Below are positions 7,953 through 17,179 of a stretch of 49,602 nt of DNA, one piece after another. Numbering within the stretch: position 1 is the first letter of the stretch; the number at the start of each line of letters is the position of its first letter. The translations under genes and the position numbers were made by a program. This DNA comes from Candidatus Levybacteria bacterium CG2_30_37_29 (GTDB lineage Bacteria > Patescibacteriota > Microgenomatia > Levybacterales > GWA1-39-11): positions 122,839-172,440 of the forward strand of contig MNYS01000006.1 of the NCBI GenBank assembly GCA_001873215.1, read 5' to 3'. The notes beneath the pieces are model-generated. The model was given only the letters and a program-made list of their open reading frames with translations. It did no database searches and was not told the origin of the DNA.

Positions 7953-10900
7953 TTAAAGATGAAAGCTTATATCCCTTAACTTATTAAAGTCAAAAATATC
8001 AATTATATTATCTTGTTTGCAATCTGAGTCTTTACTAGTTTTTGTTGTTCCCAAGAATTCATCTTTCCACCAATCAAAGTCAAGATTGTCGACTTTTCCT
8101 GACGATTCACCCTTGGCAGGGTCACAGGTGGGGATTAATGTTGGTGTTGCGACAGAAGGGGTAGCTGTAGGTGTTGCGATGGGACCGGTTGTGGGTGTAG
8201 CGGTAGGTACAGGAGTGTTTGTTGGGAATGAAGTCGGGGTAGGAGTTGGAGTGGCTGTGGGGTTTATAGATGAAAAATTGCGCCCAAAATACCAAACAGA
8301 TTTACCAGAAGTAAAAGGACTTCTTGTTATATGAACCGTTTCAAACCAATTTTTTCCAGGTGCAGGTTGTGTTGTTAGCCATGGTGTAAAGCGAATTTCA
8401 GCTATAATTTCATCTTGGTCACCAAGCGGGGCTTCAACGGATTGGTACTGTGCGACTTCGCTATCTCCCCAGAACGTTACTTTGTTATCAAGTGGATGTT
8501 CAAGACCAATAAATCTTCCTAAAGTTAGGTATCCATCAGGATTGGGTTTTGGATAGGTAAGAGCATCGTATGTCATATTGTTTATTTTAATATATCTGAC
8601 CAAGTCAACAAGTCCGTAATAATTTCCTAGAGCTAACGCCTCAACCGGACTGGAATCATCGTTAAGGACGACCTGAAATTTAACTTTTTGTTCGCCGTTG
8701 TTAATTGTCATCAATAGATAAAAATGTGCTCCGTTTGGAAAACGAGAAAATTGATATTTAGCAACGGTTTGCGTAGAAGTTTGAGAAACAATGCTTTGGA
8801 TTATGGTTGCTCCATCAATTTCGGCATTTCCCCATACTCCTCCAACTCGGGCAATTGGGACTATATTATTATATTGTTGCCAGCTTCCGCTTGAAGTCTT
8901 GTAGAAAAGATCAATGATTCCGGTAATAGATGGAGAAGGTATAATGCGGATATATTCATTTTCATAATATGGTGGAGGTGTGGGTGTAGGACTTGCGACA
9001 TTTACTCCAAAAAGCTTCTTTGCGAGATTAAAATTTTCTTCTCCATCCTCAGTTGTTGGAGCAAAGGCATATCCCTCTGTGAACCCGTTCCAAATATCAA
9101 GAGTAATTCCTGCAGTTTCATATTTTTTGGCAAGATTTTCGACCGAACTTCTCCATGCAGAATTATCTCCATAAACAGTGCCTGGTGGACGAACTAGATG
9201 ATCATCATAACCGGGTAGGACATTTGCCATTAAAGGAATGTTTGAAGATTTCCACCTTTCAAGGATTTCTTCCGCTTTAGTTAATCTTTCATTCTCGGTA
9301 TTACCGTCGGAAGTAATATTAAAAGGATTTATTGCAAGAAGCGATTGGGTATTTTGCAATGCATTTACATCGGGACCTTCATATGACCCGTTTGCGGGAA
9401 GCGGGGTAGGGTCGATAATAAAACCGATTTTCTGTCCTGTTTCAGACTCAATTTTGTTTGCTACTGTATCAAATGCTTGGGCAAATTCTTGTGTATTTAC
9501 AGAACCGGCATGGATTGTTTCGATTAGCCAAATTACTTTCCTCTCCTGTCCATTTTTATCATATATTTTTAACCAATTTAAGTATGTTCCGTAAGTTGAG
9601 AGCAGCGATTTAATTCTTGCTTCCAGTTTTGATGTATCTTGCGGAAAGTCTTTCCAGAACTCAAAACTTTGCATTGGATTGTCTGTATTTGTAACTACTT
9701 CAATGAGAGGTGCAACCATGAGTTGTCTTGCAGCAGCTTTTTCAAAGGTTTTTTTGTTAGCGTCGATTGTGCTTTGGGTCGGAGCATACTGCAAATTTTC
9801 ATTGTTTGGCCCCCACCATGAAAGTTTTATTGTATTTGCGCCTGCGTTTTTTATCTGGTCAAAAGTTTGGTTAAGATACGATTCTTCTGTCGTGTAAGGA
9901 GGATAATATTGGAGTAGAGGATGTCTGGTATAAAATTGTTTAACATTGTTATTTGGTAATCCGCCAAAAAAGAAAACGCCTTTAACTTTTTGCCCTGAAA
10001 ATTCTGTGTTTGCAATTCTCCCCCAGTTATTTGTCGGTGATGGAGTAGGAGCAGCCTCACATCTATTTGTTGCTGGATTACAAAAAGTACAATTATTTTG
10101 AGCTACATTGCAATCAGTCGGGCAACTCGCTAAAGTTTCGCCAGCATCACAAATTCCATTGCCGCAGTAAGATGCAAATAACAAGGTATTCATAACAGTT
10201 GAATATGATGCTTTAGGAGTTCCATCCTTTTTCATAATGCCAAACGTATTTTCACAATTGTATAGAGGATCAGCAAAAGCAGGGTTATCTCTATATTCAA
10301 AAATGAGCACTGAATCCGCGCCACCTTGCCTTGCTCGTTCAATGTATTGCGGTAGTAATCTTTTCTGATCTTCCTCAGTCCATGTAGAGCTTCCAGTGCA
10401 TAAACCTGTCTCAGTAACTATTACAGGTTTGCCATATGTGGCTTTTAGGTCTGCAGTATTCGCAGTTATAGCTTGTATTTCTGCTGAATCATTGTCAGGG
10501 TAAATATCAACAGAAATAACATCTAGATTAGAACCGATGGAATTAAAGTACAATTTCCAGCGGTCACGAAGAGCGGAATTGTAAGGCCAGCCTCCGCTAG
10601 TTGTTGTGATTTGAGCATTCGGATCTATGCTTCGAAGAGTAGTTCTTGCCTGGCCTAATACTGCATTTAGCTGGGAAAGATACGCATCACTTAGGGGAGA
10701 TTTGCTGACATCATTGCTGAATTTATCAAATGCATGCAAATCAGATTCGCCTAATACTAGCCAAAGTCTCAATTTAGCTGTAAATCGAATGCCAAGCTCG
10801 CGATAATATGCGTCAGTTATTGTAAGATATTGAGATTGCGTATATTTGGTTTCATGCGAGCCAGACGCGTCAGAATAAAGTTTTGCCCACTGCGGAACGT

Positions 10901-11387
10901 TAGTTACAAGTTCAACCTGGAATCCTTTGCCGCGAGCATAATCGATTGCCTGGCTATATTGATCAAGACGACTAGGATTGCAGTTTATTGGTGAAGCGAC
11001 TGAACAATCGATGGTTGCAGATGACGGGTCTGTTCTTGGGAAAGCCTCCCAGTCCCAGATGGGGAACCGTATTAGAATCGGTTTTAATCCGGCTGCAGCT
11101 TTTATGGCGTCGATATCCTGCTTAAAAACCTCATAAGTGAGAGGATTAGGATCATTGATAAAAGAAGTATCGAAATTAATGTGAGTGTTGAAACCAGCTG
11201 ATGCCAGTGGAGGCAAAGCACAATCCGCCTGCTTATTGCATAGTGCATTGCATGCATTAAATTCTTGTGCTGCTCTTTGCCTGATGTCTTGTGATTTTCG
11301 ATTAAGTAACAATGTAACCGGTATTGAGATGATAAGTAAGACAGTAAGCAGTGTGCCAATTACCTTCTTTTTGGATAATAAATTCAT
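7953..11387 (-). CDS. Large surface protein: TM + QDIRQRA, clan GH-A-like barrel, GH99-like domain, unknown domain, PT linker, dockerin-like C-terminus
   Basis: LGESD acid/base-like and VIVTETG nucleophile-like motifs, FG....DGTPKASY; LSWWG, PGYDD..RP, WNGFTEG; terminal DNLDFDWW...DCKQDNIIDIFDF. Confidence 0.75.
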   Translation of the reverse strand: MNLLSKKKVIGTLLTVLLIISIPVTLLLNRKSQDIRQRAAQEFNACNALCNKQADCALPPLASAGFNTHINFDTSFINDPNPLTYEVFKQDIDAIKAAAGLKPILIRFPIWDWEAFPRTDPSSATIDCSVASPINCNPSRLDQYSQAIDYARGKGFQVELVTNVPQWAKLYSDASGSHETKYTQSQYLTITDAYYRELGIRFTAKLRLWLVLGESDLHAFDKFSNDVSKSPLSDAYLSQLNAVLGQARTTLRSIDPNAQITTTSGGWPYNSALRDRWKLYFNSIGSNLDVISVDIYPDNDSAEIQAITANTADLKATYGKPVIVTETGLCTGSSTWTEEDQKRLLPQYIERARQGGADSVLIFEYRDNPAFADPLYNCENTFGIMKKDGTPKASYSTVMNTLLFASYCGNGICDAGETLASCPTDCNVAQNNCTFCNPATNRCEAAPTPSPTNNWGRIANTEFSGQKVKGVFFFGGLPNNNVKQFYTRHPLLQYYPPYTTEESYLNQTFDQIKNAGANTIKLSWWGPNNENLQYAPTQSTIDANKKTFEKAAARQLMVAPLIEVVTNTDNPMQSFEFWKDFPQDTSKLEARIKSLLSTYGTYLNWLKIYDKNGQERKVIWLIETIHAGSVNTQEFAQAFDTVANKIESETGQKIGFIIDPTPLPANGSYEGPDVNALQNTQSLLAINPFNITSDGNTENERLTKAEEILERWKSSNIPLMANVLPGYDDHLVRPPGTVYGDNSAWRSSVENLAKKYETAGITLDIWNGFTEGYAFAPTTEDGEENFNLAKKLFGVNVASPTPTPPPYYENEYIRIIPSPSITGIIDLFYKTSSGSWQQYNNIVPIARVGGVWGNAEIDGATIIQSIVSQTSTQTVAKYQFSRFPNGAHFYLLMTINNGEQKVKFQVVLNDDSSPVEALALGNYYGLVDLVRYIKINNMTYDALTYPKPNPDGYLTLGRFIGLEHPLDNKVTFWGDSEVAQYQSVEAPLGDQDEIIAEIRFTPWLTTQPAPGKNWFETVHITRSPFTSGKSVWYFGRNFSSINPTATPTPTPTSFPTNTPVPTATPTTGPIATPTATPSVATPTLIPTCDPAKGESSGKVDNLDFDWWKDEFLGTTKTSKDSDCKQDNIIDIFDFNKLRDISFHL

Positions 11388-11441
11388 ATACAAAGATAAT
11401 TAATAATACCACTTTTAAACATATGCAGGCTTAGATCAAAA

Positions 11442-11469
11442 CCCCGATTCTATTGGGTTTTTTTGTGGC
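11442..11469 (+). repeat. 28-bp direct repeat, copy 2
   Basis: Identical to 7856-7883. Confidence 0.9.
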
Positions 11470-11527
11470 TAAAAAATGTAGTTTAAAACTTTTAATCAGC
11501 CACGTTTTATGCTAAACTTCTATTCAT

Positions 11528-11778
11528 GGCGCGGTGGCCTACCTGCCGGCAGGCAGGCGAAGTTCCGCCAAGGGCGGACAGGGTTCATGCGAGAGTTGGG
11601 AATTTTCTAAACTTGGTGCGATGGCGAAGTGGTAACGCGGCGGTCTGCAAAACCGCTATGCACGGGTTCGAATCCCGTTCGCACCTCATTAAGAAAAGTG
11701 CGGGACAAAACTTTTACTCCGATAAAATCGGAGGTAGCTGAAAGCGTTAGCGAGGGTTCAATTCCCTTCCGCGCCTCA
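11528..11778 (+). pseudogene. Split tRNA-Cys-like shell enclosing the intact tRNA-Cys
   Basis: GGCGCGG (11528-11534) complementary to CCGCGCC (11769-11775), preceded by T-arm GAGGG-TTCAATT-CCCTT and followed by TCA. Confidence 0.55.
11615..11686 (+). tRNA. tRNA-Cys(GCA)
   Basis: Acceptor GGTGCGA/TCGCACC, anticodon arm GCGGT-CTGCAAA-ACCGC, T-loop TTCGAAT, U discriminator; CCA not encoded. Confidence 0.96.
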
Positions 11779-11847
11779 AAACTGTTACATATTTATGAGT
11801 CTTTTGTAAAGAAGAATTTCCTCTTCGTGCTATAATAAACCTCAGAT

Positions 11848-12021
11848 ATGCCAAACGCAGAAAGACAGCTCGGATATTTCAGAAAAGTTGAAGCAGATGT
11901 AGAAAAAGCAGGAGGACTTGTATTGGCAGTTTTTGGTATTTTTACACATGAGCTTCAGCCCGTTGCAATGGGATTGCTAATACATTTAATAGGTAAATGG
12001 CGGACTCCTAAAACTGCATGA
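11848..12021 (+). CDS. Small 57-aa membrane protein, not in the supplied ORF track
   Basis: MPNAERQLGYFRKVEADVEKAGGLVLAVFGIFTHELQPVAMGLLIHLIGKWRTPKTA; TATAAT at 11831; stop overlaps next ATG (ATGA). Confidence 0.6.
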   Translation: MPNAERQLGYFRKVEADVEKAGGLVLAVFGIFTHELQPVAMGLLIHLIGKWRTPKTA

Positions 12022-12389
12022 TGGAAGAAAATCAAAAAAATTCAGAGCAGCAAAATTCCGGTCAAGAAAATAGAAAAGCAGAATCCCGTCTTCAAGAAGA
12101 AATACAAGCCGGTGAATGGCAGCGTTTGAGTAACTTTGAAATCTACAGAACCCGAAGCCGTCAAGGGAAAATTATCGCAACGCATCAGGCGCTTGCAAAT
12201 AGAATAAAGCAACTCGAAACATTATTCTATCAGTTGGTAAAAAATCATCCGCAAAAATCAGTAAAACTACTCGCGGAAATAAAACGTTTGAGAATTTTGC
12301 TTGAATATCTTCTCCAAGCACTTATTTGGGAAGAAAAAGGAGAGCTTGAAGAACACCGGAGCCCTGAAGAATTGGAAGGGATGATTTAA
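12018..12389 (+). CDS. Hypothetical helical protein
   Basis: 123-aa ORF coupled to upstream ORF. Confidence 0.7.
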   Translation: MMEENQKNSEQQNSGQENRKAESRLQEEIQAGEWQRLSNFEIYRTRSRQGKIIATHQALANRIKQLETLFYQLVKNHPQKSVKLLAEIKRLRILLEYLLQALIWEEKGELEEHRSPEELEGMI

Positions 12390-12437
12390 TCCTTATTATT
12401 GTTTTCAAGCTTACATCTCTGGTAAAATATAATGTCT

Positions 12438-12510
12438 GGGCATCTAGTTCATCGGTTAGAACGCTTTCCTGATAAGAAAGAGGTGCATGGTTCGATTCCA
12501 TGGATGCCCA
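12438..12510 (+). tRNA. tRNA-Ile(GAT)
   Basis: Acceptor GGGCATC/GATGCCC, anticodon arm CTTTC-CTGATAA-GAAAG, T-loop TTCGATT. Confidence 0.96.
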
Positions 12511-12569
12511 CAATTTTTTTCTAAACCCCGTTTAAACTTTTCTCAGAAACCTTTTGTTCGTTCAAGATG

Positions 12570-13160
12570 TTATTTCGCTGGCTGTTGGAGTGTAATTTCC
12601 AGAGGAGTTGTTTGTTTTAATACCGATTCTGAGACTCCAAATTTTGTAACCATTGTTTTATTAACAAAGCTGATAAACGTTTGGGCGGGAAGGAGAGCAG
12701 TTGTTGCTTTTTGAAATGTCACTGTTGCAATTTTTCCGGCACCCTTTATTCCTTTTTGATTGGAGTTGGTAAAAAAGAAATATGATACTCTTCCAAGCGT
12801 AGGGTCAACTTCAGACAAAAGAACTTTGCCAAGCCCAAAAAACGAGGCGTCAAGTGGGGCGGCAATCTTAACGTTTGTTATAACTTTTGGATCGTAAGTC
12901 AATTCTACTTGAATACCTGAAATCTCATCATTTGACGTATCGGCAAGGATATCTACGCTTACCGGAGTTGAGCCGGAAGCATCAATAAGCGCGGGCGCAA
13001 AAGACAGTGTTGTTGATTTTACAACGGCGGCGATTGTTGGTGCAATAGAAGGTTTCTGAACAACCGGTTTTATTGATTGATCTGATGTTATTGCAAGAAT
13101 TACCAAAACTGTTGTAGTAATTGCAAGAATAATTATAAGAAGTGTAGTTTTTTTGGGCAT
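12570..13160 (-). CDS. Membrane-anchored cohesin-domain protein
   Basis: TM helix; LSFAP...VSVDILADT..EISGIQVELTYDPKVI...G.GKIATVTF cohesin-like pattern. Confidence 0.75.
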   Translation of the reverse strand: MPKKTTLLIIILAITTTVLVILAITSDQSIKPVVQKPSIAPTIAAVVKSTTLSFAPALIDASGSTPVSVDILADTSNDEISGIQVELTYDPKVITNVKIAAPLDASFFGLGKVLLSEVDPTLGRVSYFFFTNSNQKGIKGAGKIATVTFQKATTALLPAQTFISFVNKTMVTKFGVSESVLKQTTPLEITLQQPAK

Positions 13161-13212
13161 ATACTATCAATTATCAATTATCAATTTTAAATTTTCAAGT
13201 ACTCAATTTAGT

Positions 13213-14496
13213 TTAGTCGCCTTTTCTTCTCGAAAATCCTGTATAGAGAATACTCAAGTCAATTGAATCAACAAGCCCATCGTCATTAATATCAGCTCTT
13301 GATTTTATGGCAGCTGTACAGTTGTCGCGGGAATTTGTACAATCAAGCATCGCGTTGTAGTCTGCCAAATTAAGCTCGTTATCGTGGGCAGAATCAATAT
13401 CTCCCGTTATAAGTTCTACTGTTGAGGTTGGTGTATAAACGGCCTTAGCAAGATTTACGATTACAGGAAGTACTTTTCGCAAAGAATTTGTAGTTCGAAT
13501 TTTTACAAGATAAGGCTTTGCTGGTATTGGACCAAGATTTACCGACGCTTCGTATTTGCCGTTAATGTAAAACGCGACTGTTTCTTTGGCTAAAATTGCG
13601 TCTCCGTCAATTACCTCAATTTCAGTATTCCGTCCAAAAGCTTGCGGATTATTATTTTGTCCCCCACTTGTATTTGTACCAATTCCGGGAAGTGTGTATT
13701 CAATCTTAATTCCGACATCATTCTGGCCAAGCACTGGAGTTGGAGTAGGAGTTTTTGGCGTCGTCGGTGTGACGCTGGGACCTGATGTTGGTGTTGGAGT
13801 CGCGGTCGGTGTTGGAGTTAGTGTTGGTGTTGGTGTTGGGCAATTGCCGTTGAAGTCTCCAGGTGTACATGTTGGTGTTGGATTACCAGTTACCGTAGGT
13901 GTTAGGGTTGGTGTTGGGGTGGTGTTTGTGTCAACGACAGTAATATTTGCAACGCCGGGGAGACCCGTGACCGGTATATTTCCTGAAATTCCTGAAGCTG
14001 CAATTTTCACAGCCACTTGATGGCTAAAGGCGATAGCCATACTTCCTGTATCCAGAGCCTTAAATTTAAAAATTACGACATTAACATTTTCACCGGAGAT
14101 AGGGGTGGAAGTTTGATTGATAAGAATTATTCTTTGCAATCTGGTAGTACTTTGTTGAGAATTTGCTCCATCAATTAATGTATAACTTTCGTGGGCCTTT
14201 GTGCCAATAAGTTCAAACTTTGTTGAATTATATTCCAGTACACCATCTATTGCAGAAATATCATTTCCTTTAGTATCCATGGTAAGCGTAAGTTCAAAAT
14301 CTTCCCCCTTATTTACTGTTTTTGAACTTGGTGAAAAAGATAAAGTTACCGGAGCTCCGGTTGATGCTCTTTGGCGGATATCTTGTTGTTTTAGAACTTG
14401 GGAAACAATAATGGGAATTGATAATACTAAAATTCCCAAAGCCGCGAGAGTAATTGGCCTTTTATGTGTTTTGTAAAATTCAATTATTTTTTCCAT
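13213..14496 (-). CDS. Surface protein: TM + QQDIRQRA, cohesin, PT linker, beta domain, dockerin
   Basis: LSFSPSS..V.KGEDF...DISAIDGVLEYN; duplicated Ca-binding loops GDID..DNELNLADY and ADINDDGLVDSIDLS. Confidence 0.8.
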   Translation of the reverse strand: MEKIIEFYKTHKRPITLAALGILVLSIPIIVSQVLKQQDIRQRASTGAPVTLSFSPSSKTVNKGEDFELTLTMDTKGNDISAIDGVLEYNSTKFELIGTKAHESYTLIDGANSQQSTTRLQRIILINQTSTPISGENVNVVIFKFKALDTGSMAIAFSHQVAVKIAASGISGNIPVTGLPGVANITVVDTNTTPTPTLTPTVTGNPTPTCTPGDFNGNCPTPTPTLTPTPTATPTPTSGPSVTPTTPKTPTPTPVLGQNDVGIKIEYTLPGIGTNTSGGQNNNPQAFGRNTEIEVIDGDAILAKETVAFYINGKYEASVNLGPIPAKPYLVKIRTTNSLRKVLPVIVNLAKAVYTPTSTVELITGDIDSAHDNELNLADYNAMLDCTNSRDNCTAAIKSRADINDDGLVDSIDLSILYTGFSRRKGD

Positions 14497-14498
14497 AC

Positions 14499-15650
14499 TT
14501 AATACAAAAGCCCCGGCCAGCGCAAATCCCTCATTTTATTAAAGTCAAAAATATCAATTATATTATCTTGTTTGCAGTCTGAAAGTTTGTTGGTATATGT
14601 GGAAACACCTAGTAATTCATTTTTCCACCATGCAAAGTCAAGATCATTAATTATATGATTCGAGGCATCACTTTTATCAGGATCACAGGTAGAAGGTAGT
14701 GGTGCAGTTGTTGGTGTTGGTGTTGTGGTGGACACCCTCATCCTGTAAAGATATCCATTATTAGGCCATGCCGTCCAGGGAATAGTTGCATCAACTAAGT
14801 TGTAAGTTGTTGTGCCGGAAGGCGGAGGTGAGGTTGTTATAATATATCCAAAACCGTCATCCTGTGTTTCTGTAGGTCCGGGCTGATAAGAGCTTTTCAT
14901 GCAAAGACCAACATTAGTACCCATAGGCGCGCTGGCGCATAGGAGGTCATTAGTTTCGATAAAGACTAAGTCTGATGTCATGTTCGATGGTCTATACCAA
15001 CTTTTCCAAGTTCCCGCTGGGAAATTTCCCCTTGAAAGTGCTGAAACGCCAGAGGCAAGTGTTGTTGCAAAGTTGGATACAGGGATGGTCTGGCCGCTGT
15101 ATGCAAAACAATATTTACCGTTATTTGTGGCGGTTACAACTACGGGCACGCTTCCAGTGGTACAGTTTAAGGGGGCTAAAGTGGGGGTTGGGGTTATTGT
15201 AGGGGTGGGTGTGGTGGTAGGCGTTGAAGTAGGGGGAGGGGGGTTTGCGCATATATGCGAATCATTACAGTACATACTTGAACAATTGCTGTTGGCATCG
15301 CATTGACATCCAATCGCCCGCCCCCACTGACTAGTGATGCAGTAGTTGGGTGGTGGATCATAAACAACTCCGGGATTGCAAAACTGACAAGTAGATGTGG
15401 CGATGTTGCATTCTCCTCCCATTGGAGACCAGGATCCCGTTCCTCCCTGTACCGTGGTACATGTTTCTCCTAAGCTACCGGGGCGGCATGATACGAAAAC
15501 CTCACCAACAGCGGAATTGTACTTGATTTGTCTTTCGTCTGGATTCGGGCACGTAGCTGCATAAACCTTAGAAGAATAGATATTGCTAAAGATAAATAAA
15601 GTAAAAATAAATGAACTTAACAATAACAACCTCAATAATTTATTTCCCAT
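14499..15650 (-). CDS. Secreted Cys-rich protein with PT linkers and dockerin-like C-terminus
   Basis: Signal peptide ending KVYA|A; Cys-rich modules; C-terminus nearly identical to that of 7953-11387. Confidence 0.75.
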   Translation of the reverse strand: MGNKLLRLLLLSSFIFTLFIFSNIYSSKVYAATCPNPDERQIKYNSAVGEVFVSCRPGSLGETCTTVQGGTGSWSPMGGECNIATSTCQFCNPGVVYDPPPNYCITSQWGRAIGCQCDANSNCSSMYCNDSHICANPPPPTSTPTTTPTPTITPTPTLAPLNCTTGSVPVVVTATNNGKYCFAYSGQTIPVSNFATTLASGVSALSRGNFPAGTWKSWYRPSNMTSDLVFIETNDLLCASAPMGTNVGLCMKSSYQPGPTETQDDGFGYIITTSPPPSGTTTYNLVDATIPWTAWPNNGYLYRMRVSTTTPTPTTAPLPSTCDPDKSDASNHIINDLDFAWWKNELLGVSTYTNKLSDCKQDNIIDIFDFNKMRDLRWPGLLY

Positions 15651-15772
15651 AATAAATACAGCAATTATTCTAATAATAGAAGTATTTAATGTGGTTGTCA
15701 ATCCTTATTTCAAGCAATTTAATAACAAGATTTTTTTCCGGTCTGGTAGTTATGTCTTCAATTCTGCAGTTC

Positions 15773-15791
15773 TGCAGGGTCGGACCCTGCA
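15773..15791. repeat. REP-like palindrome family A
   Basis: TGCAGGGTC-G-GACCCTGCA downstream of the transposase. Confidence 0.9.
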
Positions 15792-15824
15792 AGAACTATT
15801 TGGAACTTGTCGATTACAAAAAAG

Positions 15825-16487
15825 TTAATCGATAATTAGTTCTTTGGGTAAGATTTTTAAATTATCTTTAAGATCCATAAAATCTTTATAAAGAGGTATT
15901 CTTCTCAAGCGCTTATCGCTTAAAAGTTCAAGAACGAAACTTGGTTTTACCCATACTGCTTTTTTACTACCAATATAATATTGATAGCTGGAATACGGAT
16001 ATTCTACAGGGTCCGACCCTGCAAACAGATGTTGCGGATTTAAGTGAATATATTTAGAAAGATAAAGAAGATAATTGTCGTCTAGCACTAGCGATGCTTT
16101 GTAATTTCCCTGAAATAAAGAACCTACCCTTTCGTATTTTTTGTTAAAGTACATAGTATATGAAGTTGAAGCCGCCCTCATAAACTCCGTAATTGAGTTT
16201 TTATTTTTTTGGTGAACGAGAAGATGAAAATGATTTGGCATAAGACAAAAAGCCAAAAGATCAACTTCTTCATGAAATGTTTTTTTTATTCTAAAATTGA
16301 AATCAACACCGTTTTTTGCCAAAGGGTGGGGTAAGTTAAATAAGGGGGAAAGATAGAATTTTAAAAGACCGAGGAATACAATGTAATCTTGTGTATCGAC
16401 ATAAATAATTCTTTTTTCTACACCTCTGTTGTAAATATGATAATAGCCATTTTCAATATATGTTTTTATTCGATTTTTTGCCGGCAT
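15825..16487 (-). CDS. REP-associated tyrosine transposase (Y1/HUH, IS200-like TnpA)
   Basis: YYHIYNRG, FCLMPNHFHLL (HUH), GSLFQG.YK, YIHLNP, YPYSSY; start reassigned to MPAKNR behind TTGACA-17-TACACT (16526-16498, minus). Confidence 0.92.
   Translation of the reverse strand: MPAKNRIKTYIENGYYHIYNRGVEKRIIYVDTQDYIVFLGLLKFYLSPLFNLPHPLAKNGVDFNFRIKKTFHEEVDLLAFCLMPNHFHLLVHQKNKNSITEFMRAASTSYTMYFNKKYERVGSLFQGNYKASLVLDDNYLLYLSKYIHLNPQHLFAGSDPVEYPYSSYQYYIGSKKAVWVKPSFVLELLSDKRLRRIPLYKDFMDLKDNLKILPKELIID
16007..16021. repeat. REP-like palindrome family A inside the transposase ORF
   Basis: CAGGGTCCGACCCTG, translated within AGSDPV. Confidence 0.88.
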
Positions 16488-16526
16488 ACCTAGAAAGAGT
16501 GTAGTACTTCTTTTTTCTCTTGTCAA

Positions 16527-16559
16527 CAGGGTCCGACCCTGGCAGGGTCGGACCCTGCA
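16527..16559. repeat. Two adjacent, oppositely oriented REP-like palindromes, family A
   Basis: CAGGGTCCGACCCTG followed by GCAGGGTCGGACCCTGCA. Confidence 0.9.
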
Positions 16560-16605
16560 AGCAAGCATTTACAAATGTGAAAGTTTTGGGTATCATCTTT
16601 GTTGC

Positions 16606-17154
16606 ATGTTATTGTCTGACCGCGATATTAAAAAAGCCCTTGCCGAAAAGAAAATTATCATAAAACCCGCACCGGATATTGAAACTGCGCTTGGGTCGTG
16701 TTCTATTGATTTATGCTTAGGCAACAAATTTCGAATATTTGATTATAGCAAGCATTCTTTAGTAGACCCAAATAAAAAATCTATCGGCGTAGAAATTACA
16801 AGAAAGGTAAAAATAAAAAAGGGAGACGCATTTATTATGCAGCCGGGAGATTTTGTTTTGGCAGCAACTTTGGAAAGCGTTACTATTTCAGATGATCTTC
16901 TTGGAAGACTTGAGGGAAGGTCATCTCTTGGACGACTTGGAATCGTAGTGCATTCTACAGCGTCAATTTTTGATCCGGGATGGAGTGGAAATTGCGTTTT
17001 GGAATTGGGAAATTTAGGAAGAATTCCCGTTGCATTATATCCCGGAATGAGAATTTGCGCGATGACTTTTGAAGAGCTTTCGAGCAGAGCAGAAAGACCT
17101 TATAACAAAAAAAGGGGGGCAAAGTATCTTCTCCAAACAGGTCCCAAAATTTAA
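16606..17154 (+). CDS. dcd: dCTP deaminase
   Basis: MLLSDRDI, SIDL.LG, LEGRSSLGRLG..VHSTA..DPGW.G..VLELGN, YPGMRI. Confidence 0.95.
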   Translation: MLLSDRDIKKALAEKKIIIKPAPDIETALGSCSIDLCLGNKFRIFDYSKHSLVDPNKKSIGVEITRKVKIKKGDAFIMQPGDFVLAATLESVTISDDLLGRLEGRSSLGRLGIVVHSTASIFDPGWSGNCVLELGNLGRIPVALYPGMRICAMTFEELSSRAERPYNKKRGAKYLLQTGPKI

Positions 17155-17179
17155 GTAACTATTAGTCCTTCAAGAAAGA

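Noticed and set aside
11528-11778. tmRNA or intron-containing tRNA interpretation
   Set aside because: No G3-U70 alanine identity, no tag ORF, no intron core, and no anticodon arm reconstructable for the outer shell.
11526-12513. ORFs 11526-11741, 11629-11835, 12322-12513
   Set aside because: They overlap tRNA genes.
7981-14576. Diversity-generating retroelement TR/VR pair
   Set aside because: Repeat core is identical rather than adenine-variable, both copies are coding, and no RT is in the window.
16488-16568. N-terminal extension MLACRVRPCQGRTLL of the transposase
   Set aside because: It is translated REP and promoter sequence; ATG 16487 fits better.
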